Under the pieces are notes generated by a model. The model did no database searches and had not been told where the DNA came from. It worked only from the letters and a program-made list of their open reading frames with translations. A DNA stretch of 64,000 nt from Octopus sinensis (lineage: Eukaryota): positions 16,802,001 through 16,866,000 of the forward strand of contig NC_043008.1 in NCBI RefSeq assembly GCF_006345805.1, read 5' to 3'. Shown in pieces: positions 51,873 to 64,000 of this stretch. A program made the translations under genes and the position numbers. Positions within the stretch are counted from its first letter, which is position 1. Each line of letters begins with the position of its first letter.

Positions 51873-52774
51873 CAACAACAACAACAATAATAATAATAAT
51901 TTCTCAAATGTGAGAAAAAAAATGTAACGTATTACTCCATATTGGTCTTGAAGACCAGGATAAATTTATGATCATTAATATGAAACATTTCAACTCGGAT
52001 ATGTATTCACTTATGATGTGACAAGGCGATTATAATTGATGCTCCTAGAAATATAAAAACAATCATCAACTATGCCAATGGACACAACGAGAAGACTACA
52101 GCTAATGTAGAAAAAAATCTAGTGAATCCTTTAATATGTATCCAGAGAGTGAAGAATCTAACTCAGATACACAAACATCTTAGTATGAATACCGAATCCA
52201 ACGATCAAAATAGTTAGCTTGCTACCTTTTATGAAAACAAGATTTTTATAAGGCTTAACTCTTTTTATGCTACATTTTTCTCTTTTGAAAACTAAGTAAG
52301 ACGAACATGCCACTTCTAGTTAAATAATGAAAGGAAGAAATGTGCAGATGTAATGACACAGAAATTTTACATACACTCTCATATTTAAGAAACAATATGA
52401 AGATGTCAACAAATTAATTTGGTAAACATAAATATGAAGTATAGTTGAATCAGAAAGCCTGATGAATATAACTAAATGTAAAAAAATCCGATAGTTGAGG
52501 TGCTAATAAAAGGAAATTTTACGGTAACAAAAGATCCAGTGAACATTTCAAAATGAAAGACAACCAAAATTAGACGACATTTTGTGATGACTTTGAACTG
52601 TAAGTTATTCAGAGTTCTCATATTGTATATTATTAAGTAAGGATTTGTTACACAATCCTGCGATTCATTAACATTGAGCAAACTGAAACTGTTATACATG
52701 ATTCTAAGAACCAAGTAATACATGCACAAATTTATTGTGTTATAAATTACGATATTATTCTCCGTCAATCTCGT

Positions 52775-52910
52775 ATATATACGACAGGCTTCTTTCAGTT
52801 TCCGTCTACCAAATCCACTCACAAGGCATTGGTCGGCCCGGGGCTATAGCAGAAGACACTTGTCCAAGATGCCATGCAGTGGGACTGAACCCGCAACCAT
52901 GTGGTTGGTT
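52775..52910 (-). mobile_element. SINE group B, 5' half
   Basis: ACGACAGGCTTCTTTCAGTTTCCGTCTACCAAATCCACTCACAAGGC... Confidence 0.9.
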
Positions 52911-53556
52911 TGTAGCTAGGCGCGCACAAAAACCATTTAGATAAGTTGAAACCGCAATTTAAACTCCTACAACTTTCTGGAAGATTTTTCCTTTTTATAT
53001 TTTTTTATCTAAAAACTGAAGAAGAAAACACTTTCATATAACACTTTCTACTGGAACATTTGCATGCAATTTGCTCATTTGTCAATGGATACATAACTAT
53101 GGTTACTTAGAGTGAGATGCACTTTTCGTTCAAGGGAGCATATGCCATTATACGAAAGCAATGATTTATAAGTGTTCATCATATAATATACGTTTTATTT
53201 ATGGAAGAATGCCTTGAGTAACTGAGAAATTGATGTGATGTGTACCAGCTGAGACGTTGAAACAATCATCAAGATGCTTGTATGTTTGTATAAATGTCTT
53301 TGTATCTATAAGCATGCGGCTATGTGTATGTGTTTATATGAGGATGAATACGGTCACATAAATGTAAGCGCCTGTAGTCGGAGATCTCTGAAATTAACCG
53401 ATTCGATTGTGCGCCCTTTCTTGCTTACATAGTTAGTTATATAATGCAAAGAGTGATGAATGTGTGTATGTGTGTGTGAGTGAGTGTGTGTATACAGAGA
53501 TAGATAGGTAAAAAAAGAGAGATTGAAATAGAGAGAGAGATGACAATATACATACA

Positions 53557-53611
<55 letters not shown>

Positions 53612-53616
<5 letters not shown>

Positions 53617-53768
53617 AGCAAAAACTGTCCGACGAACGGCAACGTGAAACTCAGAGTAACAGGTTTTGTTGAATTTTCTGCTGCTTTAAATAAAGCATAT
53701 TACTCTACTACTGGTATTTGAGTACTCTTTTTTCCACCTTGTTTCACATTTATGTGTTTACTCCGGTA
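53612..53768 (+). mobile_element. (TA)n-anchored family H4 element
   Basis: Bounded by (TA)n; related copy at 51459. Confidence 0.7.
53621..53667 (+). ncRNA. Type I hammerhead-like motif, core CCGACGA (U4C)
   Basis: aaaactgt CCGACGA acg-gcaa-cgt GAAA ctcagag TA acag(g)tttt: stems I and II pair, stem II has a GNRA loop, stem III is quasi-palindromic, and the putative cleavage triplet is GUA. Confidence 0.65.
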
Positions 53769-53784
53769 TATATATACTTGCATA

Positions 53785-53996
53785 TTTCTGTGCAGTACGG
53801 AATATTGTCAGTAAGCAGGTCGCGATCTCAGAGCGACGAAAATATTTTGGCAAATTCAATTTAAATGTTCAAGTGAATCTAACAGCATTTTTGTGTGTTT
53901 CTTAAATGGCTTATAAACACCTTCCGTGCTGCAAACGTTTTCGTTCCAGCACACGACCTCAGGTCAGGTCACTTGTTATGCAAGTACATCTCCGTA
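53785..53996 (+). mobile_element. Family H3 element ending in (TA)n
   Basis: Aligns with 12229-12384 and the reverse complement of 12021-12214; motif ttgtca GTAAGCA G gtcgc..gcgac GAAA atat TT tggcaa. Confidence 0.85.
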
Positions 53997-54001
53997 ATAT
54001 A

Positions 54002-54032
<31 letters not shown>

Positions 54033-54052
54033 ACGATATATATATATATATA

Positions 54053-54091
<39 letters not shown>

Positions 54092-54392
54092 GTAGTCACT
54101 TCTGTCGTAAACGATAGACGAGAGATCTTCAATTTCTTCATAACCAAACCCGATTTGATGACTCGTTTATATGATGAAGTGCTGGTGCTCTAAATGAGCT
54201 GACTCACACCATTAGATTCACATTGGCTGTTCAGGAGCTTTGAGCAACGTAAAAGGTAGTATTGCGTCCAAATGCTCGACACACGGGTCCAGGCGTCGAA
54301 CCCACGATACAAAGATAGTGAGTGCAAGTGCAACGTCCTAACGACTATGCTCACAGGATACATGTATACCTACACATACACATACATACGTG

Positions 54393-54469
<77 letters not shown>

Positions 54470-54526
54470 TATTTATATATATATATTTATATATATATAT
54501 TTATATATATATATATATAATATATA

Positions 54527-54564
<38 letters not shown>

Positions 54565-54568
<4 letters not shown>

Positions 54569-54762
54569 CTTTATTGCTCAGAAGGGGCTAAACATAGAGG
54601 GGACAAACAAAGACACCCAAAGGGATTAAGTCGATAACTGGTACTTTATTTATCGAACCCGAAAGGCTGAAAGGCAAAGTCGACCTCGGCGGAATTTGAA
54701 CTCAGATGAAATACCGCTAAGTATTTCGTCCGGCGCACTAACGTTTTTGCCAGCTCGCCGCC
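54565..54762 (-). mobile_element. SINE group A with internal deletions, inside (TA)n
   Basis: Reverse complement of 40194 with two gaps. Confidence 0.9.
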
Positions 54763-54802
54763 ATATATATATGTATATATATATATGTGTGTGTGTGTGT
54801 GA

Positions 54803-54836
<34 letters not shown>

Positions 54837-55622
54837 GTGTATGTGTGTGTGTGTGTATGTAGATATAAACACGCAGGCCAACAGAAATGCAGGCATATAT
54901 CTCTATGTCCAATTTTGAAAAGCATTTCACGATTGGTTTTCATTTTTCGTTAATTTCACTTTCATTTTAATATATTTGTTGTTTCCTTGCATTATTCCTA
55001 ATGTTTTTATATATTCAACTTCCTCTAAGAACTAAGGAAGAAACTAGTGTTTCCCTAAAGTTGCAACAAGTTAAGAGACTATGAGTATCTTTAGCGAGTT
55101 ACATTCATACTGCTTAAAGTTGTTACTGTCTAGTGAATTGGAAATTCCGCCTGAATGGATTATCGAAGAATCACCATCTTGCATACTTGTACTTTGCTTG
55201 TTAAATTTCTTTATTTATTTCCTTTTTATGCTTTTTATTTTTACTTTTATTTTTTACATGTTCTGTTTTTTTTTCCTGCTGTACTTTGTTTTAATCAAAT
55301 TTTTTTTTGGCGTAGTTTCCAAATTTTTTTGGTTTTTGTCAGTTTCCTTTTTGTTTTTATAACTTTCGCATGATGTTCATTTTTTTTCTCTCTCGTTTTT
55401 TTTTTAAATCGATTACACCGCAATTCGAGCGTAAAATGGATAACACACGCGTACGCACACATGCCCATGAGTATGTCACACACACACACACACACAATCT
55501 CCCATACATATATCATGTATATATGTGTGTGTGTGTGGTATATTTTTTGATGTGAGTGTTTATATACACAGGGAGAGAGATAGAGAAAGACTTACACACA
55601 CACACACACACAGACACACACA

Positions 55623-55668
<46 letters not shown>

Positions 55669-55872
55669 AATACATTTACATAGACATTTGATAGTGTTTT
55701 ATTTCACGGCAGTAATCAATTGTGTTTTCTGCCTTGTTGGAATTTACAACTAAAACGCTTATTCCTCTTAAGCGTTCGAAATTTTATCGATGTATTATCC
55801 GATTCGTTTTTACTTTGATTCATAATAAACTAGTTGTTTAAAATGAATGCATAAATGAAAAACAAAAAAAAA

Positions 55873-56197
55873 AGTTGCGGTTCTCCGTCTGTTACGACGA
55901 CGAGGACACCAGTTCAACCGATCAACTCAACAACCCACTCGGGAATTTAGCGCGGAGGTGGATGAGTACTTCACACATATACACGTACACTTAACTTAGT
56001 TCTCAGGGAGATTTTTGTGACGTATTATGTCACAACGCTGGCTTTTTGAAGTAGAGTTACTACTCATTTTTGCCAGCTGAGTGGACTGGCGCAACATGAA
56101 ATAAAGTGTCTTGCTCAAGGACACGGCGCACCGCCGGGAATTGATCTCACGACCTTACGAATTGAGCAGTATACTCTAGCCACTATGCTAAGCGCCT
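55873..56197 (-). mobile_element. SINE group C head with a third tail type
   Basis: AAATAAAGTGTCTTGCTCAAGGACAC and CCAGCTGAGTGGACTGG shared with 15455; distinct 3' body at 55873-56055. Confidence 0.8.
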
Positions 56198-56288
56198 TCA
56201 ATGAATACATAAATTCAAACACACACACACACAGTCACACATACACGTATGTATGTATGTATGTGTGTATGTATGTATATATATATGT

Positions 56289-56477
56289 AGGGAGAGTTTA
56301 CGAAAAAAAACAAATGACGAAGACAGGTGGGGTACAAAACAAACAGATGTATTAGTATAACGCTCAGGAATAGAAAAAGTCTTTTACGTTTCGAGCCTAC
56401 GCTCTTCTACAGAAAGTGACACAGAAAATAACAAGGAGAGAAAAAATGTGTGTAGTGGCTAACGATCTATCATGGCG
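56289..56477 (-). mobile_element. Family H1 element, second copy (hammerhead-like motif 56379-56420)
   Basis: Near-identical to 4947-5141. Confidence 0.8.
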
Positions 56478-56568
56478 TCTGTATGTATGTATATATGATA
56501 TGTATGTATGTGTGTATGTATGTATGCATGTATGTATGTATGTATTTGTGTGTGTGTGTATGTATATT

Positions 56569-56600
<32 letters not shown>

Positions 56601-57664
56601 TGTATGGTTCGGGAAAAATGTCCTTAGGTGTATATTCATCATACTGAATATCTATATTGAAACGGTAATATCTGATGTGTAAAATATAGTGAATTATAAA
56701 TTGACTGTAAGGCACGAGATACTTCAAGCAGATAGAACGGAAAGTTCATTTGGAGCTTGTTTAAAATCTAAAGACACATTGCACATACATAAACATATAC
56801 AAGCCTACATACATATATACATATATACATACATACATATATATATAAGCACACATACATACATAAACACATTAATACATACATACACACGTACGCACAT
56901 ATATATATATATATATATATAGATATATATATATATACATATACATACCTACATACATACATTCAACAGAAGAAGGATAAGAAGAAGAAGTAAAAGAAAG
57001 ACAAGAAGAAGAAGAAGAACAACAACAACAACAACAATCACAACAACAAGAAACTGATAATGTATTGGATTTTGTTACGAATATAAATAATGATGCCAAA
57101 TAGTAGTTCTCCATATTCCCCATGGTGCATGCTACTATGGTAGGGCCTCATTTAGAAGCACTCTTTTTATGCTAATGTATGCAGACAACTATTCAAATAT
57201 ATTTCTATGTTATTTGCCTATTTTCTAATATAGAATTATTCTACACATTATGAAGTTGTTAAGTGTGAATGAGTGAATATGTCAGCTCTGATATGGTCGT
57301 CGTTCTGATAGTCAAACCATCCGAGTCTCCATCAAATCATATTATAAACTCCTTTGATTCAGATTTGTTACATTGTTCAGAAAATTTTTTTTTTAATGGG
57401 ATGATCTCAGATACAAATCCTTTGACATTTGGTCCACTCAGGACTTATCCTGATCCAAACAACAACAACTACAACTATTGTCTGAAACCTATATGAGTAA
57501 TGATTCTAAAAGGTGACAATTGCCTTAAAAGTGCATCTATATTCGAGGAGTTAATGAAGGTAGCAAATTCACTCGGATTGTTTTTGAGCAGCAATCTAAG
57601 TTCCTTAAACCATACACAAACTCTATATAAAAAAATGCTGGCGGAATTGGACAATTTGGTAGTA

Positions 57665-58076
57665 GGAATATTGGCATAAAATTTTGGCACAAGACCAGCA
57701 ACTCCCTCAGTCCCAGTACTCAACTGATACTTATTTAATCAACCTCGAATAAATGAAAGTTAAAGTACCCTCGGTAGAATTTGAACTTAGAATGTAAAGA
57801 CGAACGAAATACTGCTAAGCATTTTGCTCAGCATGCTAACAGTTCTTGTTTCTTTACTGCCCACAAGGGGCTACACACAGAGAGGACAAACAGGGACAGA
57901 CAAACGGATTTAGTCGATTATATCGGCCCCAGTGCGTAACTGGTACTTATTTAATCAACCCCGAAAGGATGAAAGGCAAAGATGACCTCGTCGGAATTTG
58001 AACTCAGAACGTAACGACAGACGAAATACGGCTACGCGTTACGCCCGACGTGCTAGCGTTTCTGCCAGTTCGCCGC
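57665..58076 (-). mobile_element. SINE group A stacked pair: young 57847-58076 and older headless 57665-57846
   Basis: Same junction type as at 33548 (GTAAAGAAACAAG|AACTGTTAGCA). Confidence 0.9.
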
Positions 58077-59134
58077 TTTAATCGTAGCAATGTTGTGAAG
58101 AGAATTAATGAGAAAATGGTGTCTCTTCGAAGAGGTTTGGCCATATGTTTATTTGAACAAAGCTAACCTGAGGCTAATCAACAAATGAACAACAATAACA
58201 ATAAAGTGTGATTAAGCGATTCAGAAGCAAGTTCAAGTTATGCGAAAAGAAAATAACTGAAACCCACTTTATAGTCTATTGGTATTACGAAAGAATATAT
58301 TGTTCGATGCAATCTTCGCAGTAACGTATTCGGTTATTCTTTTTTAATATATACCGTTGCAGGCCAGAATAATCCCACACTAATTTATTTTAGCTCTACG
58401 TTAAATGCAGAAAACCAACGGGATCTTACTCGTAATCAAGACTAACAAAATTTGGAACATTTCAGAAAAGTAAGAACTATTTTGTATTAAAAAACAAGAT
58501 GATCTATTTGACAGTCGCAGACTTACACTTTTGATAAGAAGCAATGCCTGTTATCAGAATTCAGCTGCTGTCTTTCGCTTAGGCTACAAGCATCTATTAT
58601 AGTGCATCTGTTACGATGTTGGTACATTTATGTGTGTGTATATGTGTGTAAATGTATGTAAGATTTTTATGTATATGTATATAATATATATGTATATAAT
58701 ATATATGTATATAATGTATATAAAGCGTGTGTGTGAGTATGTGTGTTTATAAAGCAATACATATAGATATTGATATAAAAGTTGGCACACTGGCAGAATC
58801 ACGAGAGCATCACAAAATATTTAGCGGCGTTTCTTCCGGTGCTTTACGTATATATCTTATGTTTGGGGTCAAAAAATTGCTGAATATATTACTACTAATA
58901 TTTTAGCCGGCAGGAAACTTAACAAGTAGGAAATTTCCAATCAATAAATATGACTGATAAAGAAAAAAAAAGGTAATGTATGTTAATATAAAAAGAAGGA
59001 TGTGAGATTGAACGAATGATAACAACAAAATAAATGTTGAAGAAAAGACAGAAGAAAGAAGAGAATAGTTCAAGAAATGTCAAGAAACGGAAAGAAGAGG
59101 GAAACAGCAATTATAAAATTCAAGGTTAAAGTGC

Positions 59135-60182
<1,048 letters not shown>

Positions 60183-60632
60183 ATTTTAAAATAGAATGAA
60201 TAATAACAAAGATATAATCATAACACAGGTCTTTGATTTGAACATTCGGGGGCGTGTTGAGAAAATGCTTCGGACTATACTATTTAGTAGCTTCTCGGAT
60301 ATATTGAGTTAAAATTCCATCAATATCACCACCTTCTGATAAAGGACGCGACCTGTTAATGATGTGGGTACAACGACTTTCTTTTGGTTCTAAATTCATG
60401 AAAATGAAGCAAATTATCAAACAGAATATTTCGTAGGATCATTAGCAAGCCGGACAAAATTACTAGCGGCCATCCTCCACGTACTTTAGGCCTTGTGCCT
60501 AAAGAATTCTTCTTTTTCTTCTTCTTCTTCTTCTTCTTCTTCTTATTATTATTATTATTATTATATTATTATTATTATTATTATGATGATGATGATGATG
60601 ATGATGATAATGATGATAATGATTATTATTAT

Positions 60633-61280
60633 TTTGTCTTTATCAAATGTTTTGTTGGAGCTCTTGGAGTCTTGCATGCGAAGCGAGCTTTCTGGTTGCC
60701 ATGCTATTCGTTCTATTCAGCTTATTCTGGCCATACCAAAAGGGCAAACCTTCTGTAACAGTTCTACTGGGCACTCTATTCCTATTTCCTTTATATTCCT
60801 CTTGATGACATCTGATGTTGTTCCCAAGGACCCAACAATAATTGGAACTGTCTTCACCAACTTTTTGTTCCATAGTAGGGTTATTTTGTCCTTAAGAAGG
60901 TTGTATCAATCTATCATTTCCCTTTCCTTGTTGACTATTCGTGAGCCAAAGGGGTACGCAACGTCAACTACATAGCATATGTGATACGTGGTTCACCTTG
61001 TGCACCACCGCTAGGTCCGATCGAAACTGCTCTAGCACCTGATCTGTCTCTATTGGGAAATCGGAGGGGATTTTGCTAGTCTCCAATTGTGTCCTCTGCG
61101 GTTTGTGCTCATACCAAGGCTTGCCTCTCTTTCTAGCCCCCACTTTTCTCACAGTTTCCAATGTAGCACTCTCGCTACTTGGCCATGTCACAACAACCTC
61201 TAGTGGCTTCAGGCAATTCTAGGGCATTCGTTCGTGACCTGAGAAAAGATTTCATAGACTCTATTGCAGATGGAGCATGG
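60633..61280 (-). pseudogene. Dong/R4-clade LINE 3' fragment: zinc knuckle, restriction-like endonuclease and 3' UTR ending in (AAT)n
   Basis: PCSICNRVYEIFSQVTNECPRIA...HGQVARVLHWKL...WYEHKPQ...DFPIETDQVLEQFRSDLAVVHK...VDVAYPFGSRIVNKERE...LWNKKLVKTVPIIVGSLG...LLQKVC, with stops and frameshifts; the 3' end abuts TAA repeats, the known Dong target. Confidence 0.9.
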
Positions 61281-61381
61281 TGGTAGTAGTAATAGTAGTA
61301 GTGGTGGTGGTGGTGGTAGTGGTGTTGGTGATGGTGGTGGTGGTGGTGGTGGTGGTAGTAGTAGTAGTAGCTGTAGTAGCT

Positions 61382-61431
<50 letters not shown>

Positions 61432-62009
61432 TGAACAAGAATAAAAAAAAAGAAAAATTATAAGGAAAAGAAGAAAACTAATTAAAAATAAATTTAAAAT
61501 ATAATTTAATATCAAATGAAAATATTGGAGAAAACTAAAGAAGAATGGTGTGACAAGAAAAAAGAAAATTTAGAGAAAAAGAGAGATTTTGAAAGACAAA
61601 AACAATAGAGCAATGAAAGTGATAAAAAATAAATGTGAAAGAGAAAGTGAAACTATGTTGTAAATTTCAGGAAAGGTTCATAGAAATGTGTTAAGACAAT
61701 AGATAGAATTATCAAATTAGGAGTATAGAGCAAGGAAAATTGTCTGAAAGAACCAATAAATAGGAGACCGGTGCAAGAAATTAATTATCTTGCTGTATAA
61801 ATGTCTAGCCAGTTTAATTAACTCTTCGAATGAGGATAATCACTTGTCAAGTGCTAAGTAGAAGACTATGATTGCTCATATGAATATACATACACTCGCA
61901 CTTATACATATACACACACACAACACATACATACATATATATATATATATATAGTGTGAGTGTATTTATATACATACACTCACACTTATACATATACACA
62001 CACACAACT

Positions 62010-62046
<37 letters not shown>

Positions 62047-62052
62047 GTGTGT

Positions 62053-62104
<52 letters not shown>

Positions 62105-62710
62105 ATATGTATATATGTAAATGTGATACATATATTACATATATGTGTGTTTTTGTGAGCTTTTGCGTGTGTATATGTGTGCGTGTGTGTGTTTGTAAAC
62201 AGACGGTATCAGAAATTCTTGGACATGACCCACACTAAGAACATCCGTACTTCAGCTAATAATATATGTAATATATTATTTTCAAGCAATATTCCGTTTT
62301 CATGAGTCTATGGTATATGTGAAACAAAAGCCCTGAAGCCTTTGCAAATAAGTCCTTCGTCTTAGGATATGATCTGTCGTATTGTTATAATGCATGGGCA
62401 ATATAATAAGTTGACAGCAAAGCTTCAATGTGTGTCGTTGGTCACATGAACACTTATCAAACAGACGTTCTAGTATACTTAAAATACACATACGGCAGAA
62501 AATAATGCATTCTGCTTCAACTTTTGCCAAACGCATGATGAGGCATTTATATCTCAGGTGCTTAATTCTTGAGTATCCTGTAAAATGTTATGCCGAAAGT
62601 TTGCATAATTTTGACTGCAATCACCAAAATTGTAGACATTGCGAAGGTAATATATTATGAAAAATCACTCAGAGAACAATTGAATAAGACTGTATAGAAC
62701 AAAGATTACC

Positions 62711-63104
62711 GTGGCTGTGTGGTAAGTAGCTTGCTTACCAACCACATGGTTCCGGGTTCGGTACCATTGCGTGACATCTTGGGCAAGTGTCTTTTACTAT
62801 AGCCTCGGGCCGACCAAAGTCTTGTGAGTGGATTTGATAGAGGGAAACTGAAAGAAGCGCGTCGTATATATGTATATATGTGTGTGTGTATGTTTGTGTG
62901 TCTGTGTTTGTCCCCCTATCATTGCTTGACAACCGATGCTGGTGAGTTTACGTCCCCGTCACTTAGCGGTTTGACAAAAGAGACCGATAGAATAAGTACT
63001 GGGCTTACAAATAATAAATTCTGGAGTCGATTTGCTCGACTAAAGGCGGTGCTCCGGCATGGCCACAGTCAAATGAATGAAACAAGTAAAAGAGTAAAAG
63101 AGTA
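62711..63104 (+). mobile_element. SINE group B, near full length
   Basis: Colinear with 13585. Confidence 0.9.
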
Positions 63105-64000
63105 TAGATCAGGCTCTGTTGTTAGTCTACAGTTCATCTTCAGATGTGAAAGGAGTTCTCTTGTAACAAAGAAAACCAAATCATTTTGAAAACATTTTCA
63201 TGCATACATTCATATACACGCACGGATGCGCACACTCACAAACACACACATACACACAAATGTATATATGTATACACCGTAATGTCAGGAGATGTGTGGA
63301 GTGAAGTCAGATTTATTTTTCCCACACAATATAAATATGTCGCTGTGTGTGAAAAGAGTTTGCATATTTGGATTACACACAGCTATGCCTGTATGGACAA
63401 CGAAAATATGCAATGCACAATTTAAAACTTCGGGCAGAAGTTGTTGAGGGAGTACGCGATATATTTAATTGGAACTATGAAAGGTTGGCTATGATATCTA
63501 CAAGTCAAGTACTGAATTCACTTCAATCAACTACACACCTAACAAGAATAAATTCGCTTGAAACACTTATAATGAAGTTAGACAACGGCAAAACACTCAC
63601 CATGCTAAATAAATGGATGAATAAATTATATTTCCTTGAGAAAATATTATTTTACATTGCACTTTCTGCACATGTTTTACATATAGTCACCGACATATTT
63701 GTGATATTTTTTTTAAAGATACAATTAACATCATTTCTAAAGTGTTTTGTTCTTTTCCTTCTCTTATTGAAATTTCTATTTCCTGATAAAATATCCTATG
63801 TATTTAAGTTTCACATGTTCAGCAATTTTTCAGCAATCTTGGGAAAAAGTTTCCATCTGTCACGCATAATTTCGATCAAACTCAAAATTTTCAAATTGTT
63901 TTGAATAATACGTACACTTATCTACACATACAGCCCCCATACGTTGCTTCAAAATACATACATTATATGGTGACATTCACTATTCTTACATGCACACACA

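Noticed and set aside
62494-62577. Minus-strand 84-nt exon candidate (TTTTACAG|...|GTATGT) with an open frame
   Set aside because: The peptide YSRIKHLRYKCLIMRLAKVEAECIIFC is unrecognised, and such sites arise by chance in AT-rich DNA.
63368-63904. 178-aa ORF
   Set aside because: TTG start, F/L/I/K-biased composition typical of AT-rich non-coding DNA, and no domain motif.

Overview
AT-rich, microsatellite-saturated eukaryotic non-coding DNA (intron or intergenic). It is most likely from a coleoid cephalopod (Octopus), judged from recalled SINE sequences and the (TA)n/(TAGA)n/(AAT)n load; this was not database-verified. No intact protein-coding gene is recognisable, and nearly all listed ORFs are translations of microsatellites. 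The window holds about 35 copies or fragments of four tRNA-derived SINE groups (labelled A-D here), decayed Tc1/mariner transposase fragments, three MITEs and Dong/R4-type LINE fragments. There is one candidate coding exon (44559-44655) and one small CpG island (about 10530-10650). The most notable signal is a set of at least four distinct 150-220 bp element families, most copies abutting (TA)n tracts and several arranged as inverted pairs. Each carries a minimal type I hammerhead-ribozyme fold with a family-specific non-canonical core (G3-C8 swap, U4C or A6U), resembling Penelope-like terminal repeats. A second signal is repeated head-to-tail SINE stacking whose junctions suggest homology-assisted integration next to pre-existing copies.
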